Positions 30,113 to 40,133 of a DNA stretch of 64,000 bases are shown here, one piece after another (the stretch's first letter is position 1; each line of letters starts with the position of its first letter). This DNA comes from a bacterium (GTDB taxonomy: Bacteria; Electryoneota; JAOADG01). The position numbers and the translations under genes were made by a program. The stretch covers positions 1,760,001-1,824,000 of the forward strand of contig OY820579.1 in the NCBI GenBank assembly GCA_963681965.1, given 5' to 3'. The notes under the pieces are model-generated. The model was not told the DNA's origin, made no database searches, and saw only the letters and a program-made list of their open reading frames with translations.

Positions 30113-33049
30113 TTGCTGCAAAATGCGATAAAGAAACCATCATTCTGGGTTGGGACGGGAATCTTCCTGTTCGCCTGGATTATTCTGCTCATGTCGAATG
30201 CGAATACGGTTTCATATTGGGACTGTGCCGAGAACGCTGCAAGTTCATTTATTCTAGGGGTTCCGCACCCACCGGGATCGCCATTGTTAATGGTGATGGG
30301 TCGGATTTCGGTTTTGCTTTTTCCATTCGGTGAATATGCCCAGCGTGGCTGCCAGTTAACTTCGCTGTTATCGGCACTGTCGGTTCTGGGAACATTTTTG
30401 ATTACGATGCGATTGATCCGGATGTTCCGCGGAAAAGAGGAAACCCTAAGCGATACAATAACTGTCTTGGGTGGTGCTGCCGTCGGTGCATTGGCGTTTG
30501 CGTTTACCCCGTCGTATTGGTTCAATGCCGTTGAATTCGGCGTTTGGGCACCTTCGCTATTTATGACAGTACTGGTGATCTGGCTGATTATCAAATGGTA
30601 CGATGAATCCCAGGACGGCTCGAAAGATCATTTACTCTTGCTGATCTTTTTCTTGAACGGATTAGGTCTATCGCTGCACCAATTGAATTTGTTGACGCTC
30701 CCGACCATCTTCTTGTTGATTTGGTTTCGAAATCGCCGACTTGCCTATTTTTTACTCGTCGGTAACATTATCTCTTACTTGATAATCGATATTCCGATTC
30801 ACGCTGCCGTACCAATCTGGTTGCAGGTCGCATCGGTTCCCATTGCAGCAGGATTTTACATCTATTACAACAACCAGAAAAAACACGATGCCGCGTTGAT
30901 TCCGATGGTTCACATTTTAACGTTCCTCGGGTTCTCGCTTTACATCATGCTCTTCCTGCGTGCAACAATGCATCCGCTAATCAACGAAAACGACCCCTCG
31001 ACGTTTGCACGAATTCACAGCTATCTGTCGCGCGAGCAATACGGAACCGACAACATGATGGCGGGAATGTTCAATCGGCGCGGACCATTCTGGGAATACC
31101 AGATCAAGAAGATGTATCTCCGGTATTTCGATTGGAACTTCATTGGTTCGTTCAAAGACATCTACTATCGTGAGAATCTTTCCGGGTGGCGCTATTTCGG
31201 TCTACCATTCTTCCTCGGATTATTTGGTATCGTGCATCATTACGTCAAGGATCGGAAGCAGTGGTTTGCCAACCTCGTGTTGTTCTTTATGACCGGTTTG
31301 GCGGTAGTATTGTATGTTAATCAAGACGATCCGCAACCCCGTGAACGAGATTATTCTTATACTGGTAGCTTCTTTGCGTTTGCTATCTGGATCGGCATTG
31401 GTGCTGTCGCAGTGATCGATACGATTGCCGAATTCTTGAAAAAGAAGCAACTCTCTCCTGCTATCGCCGGTATAGCAATCTTGGCACTCGCCTTGGCTGT
31501 TCCCGGACGAATGCTGCAAGTGAATTACTATCACTGCAATCGCAAAAACAACTTTGTTGCATACGATTACTCGCGTAATATTCTCGAAAGTTGCGCACCG
31601 AATGCCGTGCTTTTCACCAACGGAGACAACGATACTTTCCCCTTGTGGTATCTGCAAACGGTCGAGCATGTTCGTCCCGATGTAACTGTGGCGAATCTCT
31701 CGCTTATCAATACCGGGTGGTACATCAAGCAACTGCGTGACGTTTTCAAAGTACCCATTAGTTTCGATAACGAATTCATCGATAAGTATGTCGACGAAAC
31801 GACTGAAGATGCGATCATGAGCCGTTACTGGCCACCCGAACGACGTCGAATTACAATTAAGTCGCCTGAAGGTCCGATGACGTGGGAAGCGCCGGCAGCG
31901 TTTTACATTCCGACCGATCGCGAGGGTCGCGATCGCTCCCCGAACTTCCTTCGGGTACAGGATATGATGATCATCGACATCATGCGCTCGAATGTGCGAC
32001 CGGATGGCTCATGGAAACGTCCGATTTATTTTGCTGCGACGGTATCGAACAATGCGATGACCGGTTTATCGAATTTCGGAGTGATGGAAGGGTTGTCTTT
32101 CCGGATCCAGCCGAGACCCCGCGATAGCCGCATCAATCCCGATATGATGTTCGAGATGTTGATTCATAAGTTCAAGAACAATTATCGTCACTTGAATGAT
32201 CCGGCAGTTTACTACAACGAAAACGAATCGCGATTGTTGCAGAATTATCGCAGTTGCTTCCTACAGTTGGCGTTTTACTACTATCAAGGTATCATCGATC
32301 CTGCCGAACGATCGAAATCATCGGGAATCGCGAAGGCGCAATGGGAAGATCGCTTTAAAGAGTTACCTGCTCGCGAAAAGACTCTTTTCTTGTTGGATCG
32401 GATGGAAGAAATTATTCCTACTTCGGTCGTTCCATTCGATATGCCTGAATTGGTGATGCAAGTTGGCAAGATTTACAACGATTTAGGTCGTCCCGAAGAA
32501 ATGCGGAAGCGACTCGAATTGATGAGCCAAAATGCCGCTCCAGACGATATCGAGAATCAAATCTTGTTGGCTGGTTCGTACGAACAGTATATGAATCGTC
32601 CCGACGAAGCTCGAAAAATCTATTCGCGCATTTTCGGTAGCACTCCTGGTGCGGAAGATCTGTACCATGCCGGTGAAGTGCTATACAAGAGTGGTTTGGA
32701 TTCCGCTGCAGCACGTAAGTTTACCGAAGCTTTGCAACGCGGTAATCTTGCCGGTGAAAAGCAGATGCGGGTGGTTTCTTACATGATGCAGATGGGTCGG
32801 TATGCCGATGCCCAGAATGTTCTCGAACCGATGCATCAGGGAAATCCCGAGGATGGTCAAGCGCTTGGTGCGTTGGTTGCTCTGTATGAACGAACGAATC
32901 AAATTGATAAGATGATTCCGTTATTGTCGGATTGGGTTGCCAAACATCCACAAGACAAAGGTGCCGCCGAACGATTGGAATCAGCTAAGAAATCGGTTCC
33001 GAATTTGGCAAAATCGGTGAAACCGTCGAAACCATCGAAACGTAAATAA
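30113..33049 (+). CDS. DUF2723/TMEM260-family membrane protein (putative GT-C protein O-mannosyltransferase) with C-terminal TPR-like repeats
   Basis: TVSYWDCAE, GVPHPPGSP, ENDP, REQYG, QPRERDYSY, FTNGDNDTFPLWY, RPDV..NLSL; many TMs; helical repeats at the C-terminus; TTG start after GGAGG. Confidence 0.9.
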   Translation: MLQNAIKKPSFWVGTGIFLFAWIILLMSNANTVSYWDCAENAASSFILGVPHPPGSPLLMVMGRISVLLFPFGEYAQRGCQLTSLLSALSVLGTFLITMRLIRMFRGKEETLSDTITVLGGAAVGALAFAFTPSYWFNAVEFGVWAPSLFMTVLVIWLIIKWYDESQDGSKDHLLLLIFFLNGLGLSLHQLNLLTLPTIFLLIWFRNRRLAYFLLVGNIISYLIIDIPIHAAVPIWLQVASVPIAAGFYIYYNNQKKHDAALIPMVHILTFLGFSLYIMLFLRATMHPLINENDPSTFARIHSYLSREQYGTDNMMAGMFNRRGPFWEYQIKKMYLRYFDWNFIGSFKDIYYRENLSGWRYFGLPFFLGLFGIVHHYVKDRKQWFANLVLFFMTGLAVVLYVNQDDPQPRERDYSYTGSFFAFAIWIGIGAVAVIDTIAEFLKKKQLSPAIAGIAILALALAVPGRMLQVNYYHCNRKNNFVAYDYSRNILESCAPNAVLFTNGDNDTFPLWYLQTVEHVRPDVTVANLSLINTGWYIKQLRDVFKVPISFDNEFIDKYVDETTEDAIMSRYWPPERRRITIKSPEGPMTWEAPAAFYIPTDREGRDRSPNFLRVQDMMIIDIMRSNVRPDGSWKRPIYFAATVSNNAMTGLSNFGVMEGLSFRIQPRPRDSRINPDMMFEMLIHKFKNNYRHLNDPAVYYNENESRLLQNYRSCFLQLAFYYYQGIIDPAERSKSSGIAKAQWEDRFKELPAREKTLFLLDRMEEIIPTSVVPFDMPELVMQVGKIYNDLGRPEEMRKRLELMSQNAAPDDIENQILLAGSYEQYMNRPDEARKIYSRIFGSTPGAEDLYHAGEVLYKSGLDSAAARKFTEALQRGNLAGEKQMRVVSYMMQMGRYADAQNVLEPMHQGNPEDGQALGALVALYERTNQIDKMIPLLSDWVAKHPQDKGAAERLESAKKSVPNLAKSVKPSKPSKRK

Positions 33050-34104
33050 TGATGTTGGATCTGAAACGACTGCTCACTGTGGTTATTCCCCACAATGGCG
33101 GCTCGGAAATGTTGCTTGATTGTTTGCATTCGATCGCGCGGGACCCTGATGGGGTTCCGCGCGTATTGATTGTAGACAATGCTTCGCCGGACGATTCGAT
33201 TGCGATTGCCCGGTCAAAATTCGACTGGATCGAGATCCTTGAATCGGAAACCAATCGTGGTTATGCCGGTGGCTGCAATTTTGGATTAGCGGCAGTGAAT
33301 ACACCTTATGCATTATTGCTTAATAACGATGTCGTGGTCGAACCGGGCTGCTTCGCAACGATGGTGGAGCGCTTGGAGGCGCAGCCCCGGGTAGCAGCAG
33401 TACAACCGAAGATTCGATCCTTCCAGAAGCCGGATTATTTCGATTACGCTGGTGCGACAGGCGGATTGTTAGATTGCGATGGTATTCCCTTCGCATTTGG
33501 TCGCATTCTTGATTGTATGGAAATCGATCACGGTCAGTATGACGAGGCGCGAGATATTTTTTGGGCGTCTGGAACAGCAATCGTTCTGCGCATGGATGCA
33601 CTCCGGGAGGTAGGGTTCCTCGAAGAGGATTTTTTTGCTCATCAAGAGGAAATTGATCTCTGTTGGCGATTGCAAGCACGGGGCTGGTTGATCCAAACCG
33701 TGCCTAAAGCTACACTATTTCACCGTGGTGGAGCGACTTTGAACCGTTCTAGCAATCGAAAACTCTATTTAAATCATCGCAACAGTCTCTTGATGTGGTT
33801 GCGAAACAACGAGAAAATATCGGTATATACAGTAAGTCGTCGGGTCACGCTTGAATTTGCTGCATTTGGTGCTTACCTTTGTCACGGGGATTTTCAACGT
33901 GCTCGGCATCAAGTCGCTGCGTGGCGGTCGGTGTTAGGGCGATTGTCCCCTACCCTACGCGAGCGTCGGCGGCTACAGCTAGAGCGAGTAGTGTCCGACG
34001 TGTGTTTTCCGGGACGTTACGCCGGTTCGGTAGTATGGCAATACTACTTTCGACGACGGCGCTTCACGGCGGATTTTTTCCATTTTCATCTACGAGGAGA
34101 GTAA
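33049..34104 (+). CDS. GT2 family glycosyltransferase (rhamnosyltransferase-like)
   Basis: VDNASPD, NRGYAGGCN, LLNND, FWASG, FFAHQEEIDLCWR. Confidence 0.93.
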   Translation: MMLDLKRLLTVVIPHNGGSEMLLDCLHSIARDPDGVPRVLIVDNASPDDSIAIARSKFDWIEILESETNRGYAGGCNFGLAAVNTPYALLLNNDVVVEPGCFATMVERLEAQPRVAAVQPKIRSFQKPDYFDYAGATGGLLDCDGIPFAFGRILDCMEIDHGQYDEARDIFWASGTAIVLRMDALREVGFLEEDFFAHQEEIDLCWRLQARGWLIQTVPKATLFHRGGATLNRSSNRKLYLNHRNSLLMWLRNNEKISVYTVSRRVTLEFAAFGAYLCHGDFQRARHQVAAWRSVLGRLSPTLRERRRLQLERVVSDVCFPGRYAGSVVWQYYFRRRRFTADFFHFHLRGE

Positions 34105-34108
34105 AACT

Positions 34109-34840
34109 ATGCATGTGCGACTGGGAACGGTTCTCTTGATTGGGTTGCTTTCGCTGGCGATGGTTGTTTCTGCTGCCGACTTGAATCACAAGTACGGCGT
34201 GGAACTGCGCGGCGGTTATGGCACGATCGCAATGAAGGATGTTAATAACCAGACCGATTCGCTGTGGGGTCGTGGCGTGACCTCTGCAACAAAGCTGAGC
34301 GGAACCCCGTCTTTTGGAGTGTCGATTCTGTACCGCACGGATCCGCGCTTTTTGTGGGAATTTGGTTACAACGCTTTACCGGGTGGCGAGTGGAAAGCCA
34401 AACAAGCCGGAACCGGCAAAGAATCATCTTTGAAGATTAGCGGAAGCGAACTATTCATTCTTCCGACTTATCTCTTGATTGCCAACGACAATTTCACACT
34501 CGGTATCGGTGCAGGTCCCGATTTCGCATTCGTTAATGCAAATCGTTCTGGCGATATGGTCAGCATGAACTTCTCCAATGCCTCCGGTCGTACCGTTGGC
34601 GGTATGGTTAAGCTGAATGCTGAACTCGCGATGGGCAAAAACAACGCTTTGTCCCTGTCTGCTGGGTATCGTAATCACTACGTCGATCGTATTCATACTG
34701 AAGACGATGCCGGAACCCGTACTTACGTCGGTATTTCTACCGATGCAACGGCGCAGAATCTTCCGATCGACATGTCTGGTGCATTTTTCCAGGTTGGCTG
34801 GCGTTTCTATTATAGCCCCTCCAATTGGAAAGCCGAATAA
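34109..34840 (+). CDS. Putative outer-membrane beta-barrel protein
   Basis: Signal peptide; alternating amphipathic strands; ends GAFFQVGWRFYY plus a short tail. Confidence 0.75.
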   Translation: MHVRLGTVLLIGLLSLAMVVSAADLNHKYGVELRGGYGTIAMKDVNNQTDSLWGRGVTSATKLSGTPSFGVSILYRTDPRFLWEFGYNALPGGEWKAKQAGTGKESSLKISGSELFILPTYLLIANDNFTLGIGAGPDFAFVNANRSGDMVSMNFSNASGRTVGGMVKLNAELAMGKNNALSLSAGYRNHYVDRIHTEDDAGTRTYVGISTDATAQNLPIDMSGAFFQVGWRFYYSPSNWKAE

Positions 34841-34852
34841 GATAGAATTCGA

Positions 34853-35797
34853 TTGATGGAACGACTGCGGCGAGTTGCGGTCGAAATGTGTCCGGTCTGT
34901 GGTGCACAAGATTTTCGCCGATGGTTGTCGTTACCCGATCGTTTCCGGTTATCCGCTGAAGAAGCGTATCCGCTAGCGGAATGCAGGCGGTGCGGAGTCA
35001 GTTTCTTACAAGAACTGCCAGCAGCTGAGCTGCTGGCTTCTTGTTATCCGGAAGAAGGGTACGACCCGTTTATGTCTTCGGGTGGTCCGAGGTCATTATT
35101 AGACCGGATTTATATTTCACTGCGACATATCTCATTGGCGATACGTTTTCGACGGCTGGGACGCCCTCGACACGGGAATCGATTACTCGATGTCGGTTGC
35201 GGCACTGGCGAGTTTTTGGTGCATGCGCGAAAACGAGGATGGATCGGACAAGCGGTGGAACCATCGGCGAATGCTGCCGAACTCGTCAAAAAGAATGGTT
35301 TTGAATGTTTCAATGGCGATTTACCGGCTTTTCCAGTCCCCGAGCATAAATTTAACGGGATCACATTCTGGCACAGCCTCGAACATGTACCGGAACCGCG
35401 AAAAGTGCTGGAAAAAGCCGTTAGTATGTTAGCTGAACGCGGTCGAGTGGTTATTGCCGTTCCAAATGCTACCTCGTGGGATGCAAGGATCTATCAAGAG
35501 GACTGGATCGCTTACGACGCACCGCGCCATTGTACGATGTTTACCCCCGATTCTTTGCGTTTTTTAGCAGAACAAAGTGGACTACAAGTTAAGTCAGTCA
35601 GTGGTCTGATCTTCGATCTGGCATATAACTTGGTGCACAGTGAGCGTCTTCGAAAACAGCGTAGCGGTAAATTTGATTGGTATTTTCCACTCCGACTTTT
35701 ATGGGCAGCTTTACCAGCCGCTGTTGGTGGAGAAGCAGGCGCATCGGTGATCGTATTGGTTGCGGAAAAACCAGTCGTTAAGAAATTGTCCCTCTAG
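34853..35797 (+). CDS. Class I SAM-dependent methyltransferase with N-terminal Cys pairs
   Basis: CPVC...CRRC, LLDVGCGTGEF, WHSLEHVPEP, AVPN. Confidence 0.93.
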   Translation: MMERLRRVAVEMCPVCGAQDFRRWLSLPDRFRLSAEEAYPLAECRRCGVSFLQELPAAELLASCYPEEGYDPFMSSGGPRSLLDRIYISLRHISLAIRFRRLGRPRHGNRLLDVGCGTGEFLVHARKRGWIGQAVEPSANAAELVKKNGFECFNGDLPAFPVPEHKFNGITFWHSLEHVPEPRKVLEKAVSMLAERGRVVIAVPNATSWDARIYQEDWIAYDAPRHCTMFTPDSLRFLAEQSGLQVKSVSGLIFDLAYNLVHSERLRKQRSGKFDWYFPLRLLWAALPAAVGGEAGASVIVLVAEKPVVKKLSL

Positions 35798-35853
35798 CAC
35801 TATTAGGTTAGTATTCTTATACTTACATAAAAATTCTAATTGGCGAGATATCT

Positions 35854-36753
35854 TTGCGAGTATTGGTCACAGGTGGTGCCGGTCGTCTTGGTCGAAAACT
35901 GCTTCCAGAACTCTTCTGGAAAGGGCATGAAGTCGTTGCTATCGATGTGATCCCCATCCCTCCCCAAGAAAATCATCACTGGAAATCATCCGCTTTGGAT
36001 ATTACCGATTCAACCGCGGTAGATACGTATATCCAAGCCATTAAACCGGATGTGGTGATCAATACGGTTGCGATGACAAATGTCGATCTCTGTGAGACCG
36101 AGCGTGAGAAAGCTTATCGAATCAACGCCGATGTACCCGCCAAATTGGCAAATATTTGTCGAAAACATGATATTTACCTCATTCATGTTTCCACAGATTT
36201 TGTTTTCGATGGCAAAGCTGGACCTTATCCAGAATCAGCTTTACCTAATCCGATTAGCTATTACGGTCGCTCGAAATTAGCCGGCGAAAACGAAGTACTG
36301 GGCGAAAACCGACACTTTGCTGTCGTTAGAACCTGCGTCTTGTTTGGATATGAACCGGAAACAGCCCCGGACTTTGTAACTTGGTTGCTCTCGAAGCTTC
36401 GGCATAGCGAACCGGTTAAAATTGTCACCGATCAATTTTCCTCACCCACCCTAACCGACAGTTTAGCGACTGGTCTCCGTCAAATGGTAGAACAAACTCC
36501 CAGCGGCATATTTCATTTAGTGGGGAAAAGCTATTTCAGTCGGTTTGAAATGGCGATCGAGATCGCTACTATTGCCAACCTTTCCAAGGAACTGATCGAA
36601 CCGGTCGATGGTTCGAGTTTTGTACAAGCAGCTCAACGACCCAAATTGGGTGGATTGTTACCAGAACGAGCGGTTCGGGAGTTAGGGTTCAATGCATTGA
36701 CCTTTCAAGATGCGATGAAAATGTATTTCTCACAAGAGGCGGTTAGAAATTGA
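35854..36753 (+). CDS. rfbD: dTDP-4-dehydrorhamnose reductase
   Basis: VTGGAGRLG, TNVDLCE, VSTDFVFDG, YGRSK, DQFSSPT. Confidence 0.88.
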   Translation: MRVLVTGGAGRLGRKLLPELFWKGHEVVAIDVIPIPPQENHHWKSSALDITDSTAVDTYIQAIKPDVVINTVAMTNVDLCETEREKAYRINADVPAKLANICRKHDIYLIHVSTDFVFDGKAGPYPESALPNPISYYGRSKLAGENEVLGENRHFAVVRTCVLFGYEPETAPDFVTWLLSKLRHSEPVKIVTDQFSSPTLTDSLATGLRQMVEQTPSGIFHLVGKSYFSRFEMAIEIATIANLSKELIEPVDGSSFVQAAQRPKLGGLLPERAVRELGFNALTFQDAMKMYFSQEAVRN

Positions 36754-37529
36754 ATAATCAATACATCAACTTAGGAACACTGCAAGTGCCTCCCTCACGT
36801 TCTGATATACCACTCCGCAAAACGGTGATTGTCATTCCGACTTATAATGAGATCGAGAACATCGATCGTTTACTAACAACACTCAAGGATATGAATTTCG
36901 ACTTACATATCCTTTTTGTCGACGACAATTCACCCGATGGAACGGCTCAGCGAATTCAGCAATGGCAACAATCGGATCCGTGGATTCATCTTCTGCAACG
37001 ACCCGGCAAACAGGGCTTAGGTTCGGCATACGTTGCCGGATTTAAGTGGGCGTTACAAAATGGCTATGAACGAATCTTCGAGATGGATGCCGATTTATCC
37101 CACAATCCCAATGAAATACCGAATTTTTTACATGCCGCCGAAACTGCGGATCTCGTCATTGGGTCGCGGTACATCGCCGGTGTGAATGTGGTGAATTGGC
37201 CTCTCTCACGGTTGCTTCTGTCATATGGTGCTTCGCTGTATACGCGCACGATAACTGGCATGCCAATTAAAGATCCTACTGGAGGATTCAAGTGTTTTCG
37301 ACGCGAAGTATTGGAGAACATTAATCTTGATTCGGTTAAATCAAATGGATACAGCTTCCAGATTGAAATGAATTTCAAAACTTGGCGAAAGAAATTCAAT
37401 GTCAAGGAAATTCCAATTATTTTTATCGATCGAGCAGTGGGAAAATCGAAAATGTCGAAAGCTATTGTCCGCGAAGCTGTCATTATGGTTTGGCGGTTGC
37501 GTTGGCTTGCGATGACCGGACGCATCTAA
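36750..37529 (+). CDS. Polyprenol monophosphomannose synthase (Ppm1/DPM1-like GT2)
   Basis: IPTYNEIEN, VDDNSPDGT, GLGSAYVAGF, EMDADLSH, GSRY, GYSFQIEM, GKSKMS. Confidence 0.92.
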   Translation: MNNQYINLGTLQVPPSRSDIPLRKTVIVIPTYNEIENIDRLLTTLKDMNFDLHILFVDDNSPDGTAQRIQQWQQSDPWIHLLQRPGKQGLGSAYVAGFKWALQNGYERIFEMDADLSHNPNEIPNFLHAAETADLVIGSRYIAGVNVVNWPLSRLLLSYGASLYTRTITGMPIKDPTGGFKCFRREVLENINLDSVKSNGYSFQIEMNFKTWRKKFNVKEIPIIFIDRAVGKSKMSKAIVREAVIMVWRLRWLAMTGRI

Positions 37530-37530
37530 G

Positions 37531-39174
37531 ATGACACCGACTGATACAATAACAATTTCGGTTGTTATCGTAAATTTCAATGTTCGGTATCTCTTGGAGC
37601 AGTGCCTATTGTCCTTGCGGAGAGGCATTGAATCACTCAAACTTCAAATTATTGTTGTCGACAATGCGTCGTCGGATAACTCGATTAATTATCTAAAAGA
37701 ACGGTTTCCCGAGGTTGAATTTGTTGCGTTAGCTGAAAATATGGGTTTCGCCAAAGCGAACAATATCGGATTAGCTAAATGCATCGGCGAATACATATTA
37801 ATTCTCAATCCTGATACTGTACTAGTTGAAGACACCCTGCCTAAATTGACTGATTTTCTTAAATCCAATCCATCTTGTGGGTTAGTAACTCCGAAATTAA
37901 TAAGAAAAGATGGCGCCCTCGATCTGGCTTGTCGCAGAGCGCTTCCAACGCCGTGGGTGGCGTTCTCGCGGATTAGTGGTCTAAGTAATATCTTTCCTAA
38001 GTCTAAATTATTTAGTCAATATAATTTAACTTACCTCGATTGCGATCAACCAGCTCGGATCGGTTCATTAACCGGTGCATTCATGCTCATGCCAAGCGAA
38101 GTTTATCGAAAAGTGGGAGGTTTCGACGAGCAGTTCTTCATGTATGGGGAAGACATCGATTTTTGTGCGCGAGCTGCCCAGGCAGGTTATGAAATCCATT
38201 ATCGACCGGAAGCGACTGCAATCCACTACCGGGGTGAATCGACCCGCAGAAGTAGTTTAGATCGCACCGATGTGTTTTACAACGCGATGCTCCTTTACGC
38301 TCGAAAGCATTATCGAGGCGGATCGAAAAAAATTGGTTTACCATTATTGCAAACTGGAATCTTTTTCGCAAAAGCAGGCTCTCAAATCCTTCAAGGGTCA
38401 CGTTTGATCTGGCCGGTAATGCTGGATGCGGTTTTAATCGCAATCGCGTTAAATTTCGGGCAGTTGTTGCGATGGGGTTCGCAACTAGATTTACTCTTGG
38501 ATTTTCGCGTTTTAGTTGCTTATATCATTTTTGTGGTGCTTTCGTTAACTGCTGCGGGAGCTTATTCGGAATCGGTCAAGCAACTCCCGAAAGCAGCGTT
38601 TAAAGGAACGGTACTTGGATCTTTTGTAGCAGGTACGTATACTTTCTTTTTGCTTCAAGGATATATGTTTAGCCGGTTGGTAGTGCTCATCTCAGCATTA
38701 TTATGGTGTATTTTTCTGCCTGGGTGGCGTTTTTTATTGCTTCAAATGGCAAAAACCTCTTGGGCTAGAGGATTATTGCGTCGATCGGCGATTATCGTAG
38801 GTACGGATAGTTTAGCGAAATCGATCGGCGAACAATTTCAACACCAGCAGGGCGAATATGAAATTGTTGGATTTGTACGTTACCGTAATGAAGTTGTAGA
38901 TTCAAGTTTTGGATATGATCCATTAGGATCGACTGACGAACTCGATCGGATTGTTGAAACCGAGCGTGTGTCGGATGTATTTTTTTCTACCGGTGGTGCA
39001 TCGTATGCGGAAATTGTCGCACTGGCGAACCGCTTGGCACCACAAGGAGTTCATTTTAAAGTGCTATCGGCGGAAGCGCCAGGCTCGGCATTACCGTTAT
39101 TTGGGGTCGATTGGCAAACACCAATTGGCATCCGCGGATTAATGCGGCGTGTGCAGCGACGCTGGGGGTTATAA
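37531..39174 (+). CDS. GT2 glycosyltransferase fused to a TM bundle and a Rossmann-like (CoA_binding_3-type) domain
   Basis: VDNASSD, GFAKANN, LNPD, FDEQFFMYGEDID; then about 4-5 TMs and AIIVGT...YEIVGFV...LGSTDELDRIV. Confidence 0.88.
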   Translation: MTPTDTITISVVIVNFNVRYLLEQCLLSLRRGIESLKLQIIVVDNASSDNSINYLKERFPEVEFVALAENMGFAKANNIGLAKCIGEYILILNPDTVLVEDTLPKLTDFLKSNPSCGLVTPKLIRKDGALDLACRRALPTPWVAFSRISGLSNIFPKSKLFSQYNLTYLDCDQPARIGSLTGAFMLMPSEVYRKVGGFDEQFFMYGEDIDFCARAAQAGYEIHYRPEATAIHYRGESTRRSSLDRTDVFYNAMLLYARKHYRGGSKKIGLPLLQTGIFFAKAGSQILQGSRLIWPVMLDAVLIAIALNFGQLLRWGSQLDLLLDFRVLVAYIIFVVLSLTAAGAYSESVKQLPKAAFKGTVLGSFVAGTYTFFLLQGYMFSRLVVLISALLWCIFLPGWRFLLLQMAKTSWARGLLRRSAIIVGTDSLAKSIGEQFQHQQGEYEIVGFVRYRNEVVDSSFGYDPLGSTDELDRIVETERVSDVFFSTGGASYAEIVALANRLAPQGVHFKVLSAEAPGSALPLFGVDWQTPIGIRGLMRRVQRRWGL

Positions 39175-40133
39175 TGGAAACACTATTTCTCGATTTTGAA
39201 AAGAGAATTGCCGAAATCGAACAGGAGATTGATAATCTCCGCAACAACAGCAAACTAGATGCCGAAGATAAAGAACCATTAATTGCGAAATTGGAAGAAA
39301 AGACTCGCAAAGAGATGGAAAAAACTTTCTCGAATCTTACACGATGGCAGAAAGTTCAATTAGCTCGGCATCCTCGACGTCCTTATTCACTCGATTATAT
39401 CAAGCAGTTCGATCCCGACTTTTTGGAACTGAACGGCGATCGTGGATTTCGCAATGACCGTGCGGTTGTCGGCGGACTGTGTAATATCGACGGTATCCCG
39501 GTGATGGTGATCGCTCAGCAAAAAGGGCGAGGAACCAAAGAAAACCTACTTCGCAATTTCGGTATGAGTCATCCGGAAGGGTATCGTAAAGCGATGCGCT
39601 TGATGAAAGTTGCGGAACGGTTCAGCGTACCGGTCGTTTCGTTGATCGATACTCCTGGTGCTTATCCCGGTATCGGCGCTGAAGAGCGTGGTCAAGCAGA
39701 AGCAATTGCCCGCAATCTATTCGAGATGATCAATCTCAAGACACCGACTATTACGGTGATCATCGGCGAAGGCGGTAGCGGTGGCGCTTTGGCTTTAGCT
39801 GTCATGGATCGCGTTCTAATGATGGAATTCGCGATCTATTCGGTGATATCACCCGAAGGGTGCGCATCGATTTTGTTCCGTGACAGCTCGCAAGCAGAAA
39901 AAGCTGCGGAAAATCTAAAAATCACTGCCAATGATCTGGAGTCTCTCGGTGTAATCGATGAAATCATTCCAGAACCGTTGGGTGGTGCTCACCGTGACTA
40001 TTCGACTGCTGCCATCAACGTTCAGAAAGCGATCGGACGTAATCTCCGCGAGTTGATGGCGATCCAAAATCCCGATTGGCAGCAAATGCGCATCGAGAAA
40101 TATTCAAAGATGGGAGTATTTACGGTTGACTGA
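39174..40133 (+). CDS. accA: Acetyl-CoA carboxylase carboxyltransferase subunit alpha
   Basis: LDFEK, LARHPRRP, PEGYRKA, IDTPGAYPG, GEGGSGGA, YSVISPEGCA; TAATG overlap. Confidence 0.99.
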   Translation: METLFLDFEKRIAEIEQEIDNLRNNSKLDAEDKEPLIAKLEEKTRKEMEKTFSNLTRWQKVQLARHPRRPYSLDYIKQFDPDFLELNGDRGFRNDRAVVGGLCNIDGIPVMVIAQQKGRGTKENLLRNFGMSHPEGYRKAMRLMKVAERFSVPVVSLIDTPGAYPGIGAEERGQAEAIARNLFEMINLKTPTITVIIGEGGSGGALALAVMDRVLMMEFAIYSVISPEGCASILFRDSSQAEKAAENLKITANDLESLGVIDEIIPEPLGGAHRDYSTAAINVQKAIGRNLRELMAIQNPDWQQMRIEKYSKMGVFTVD

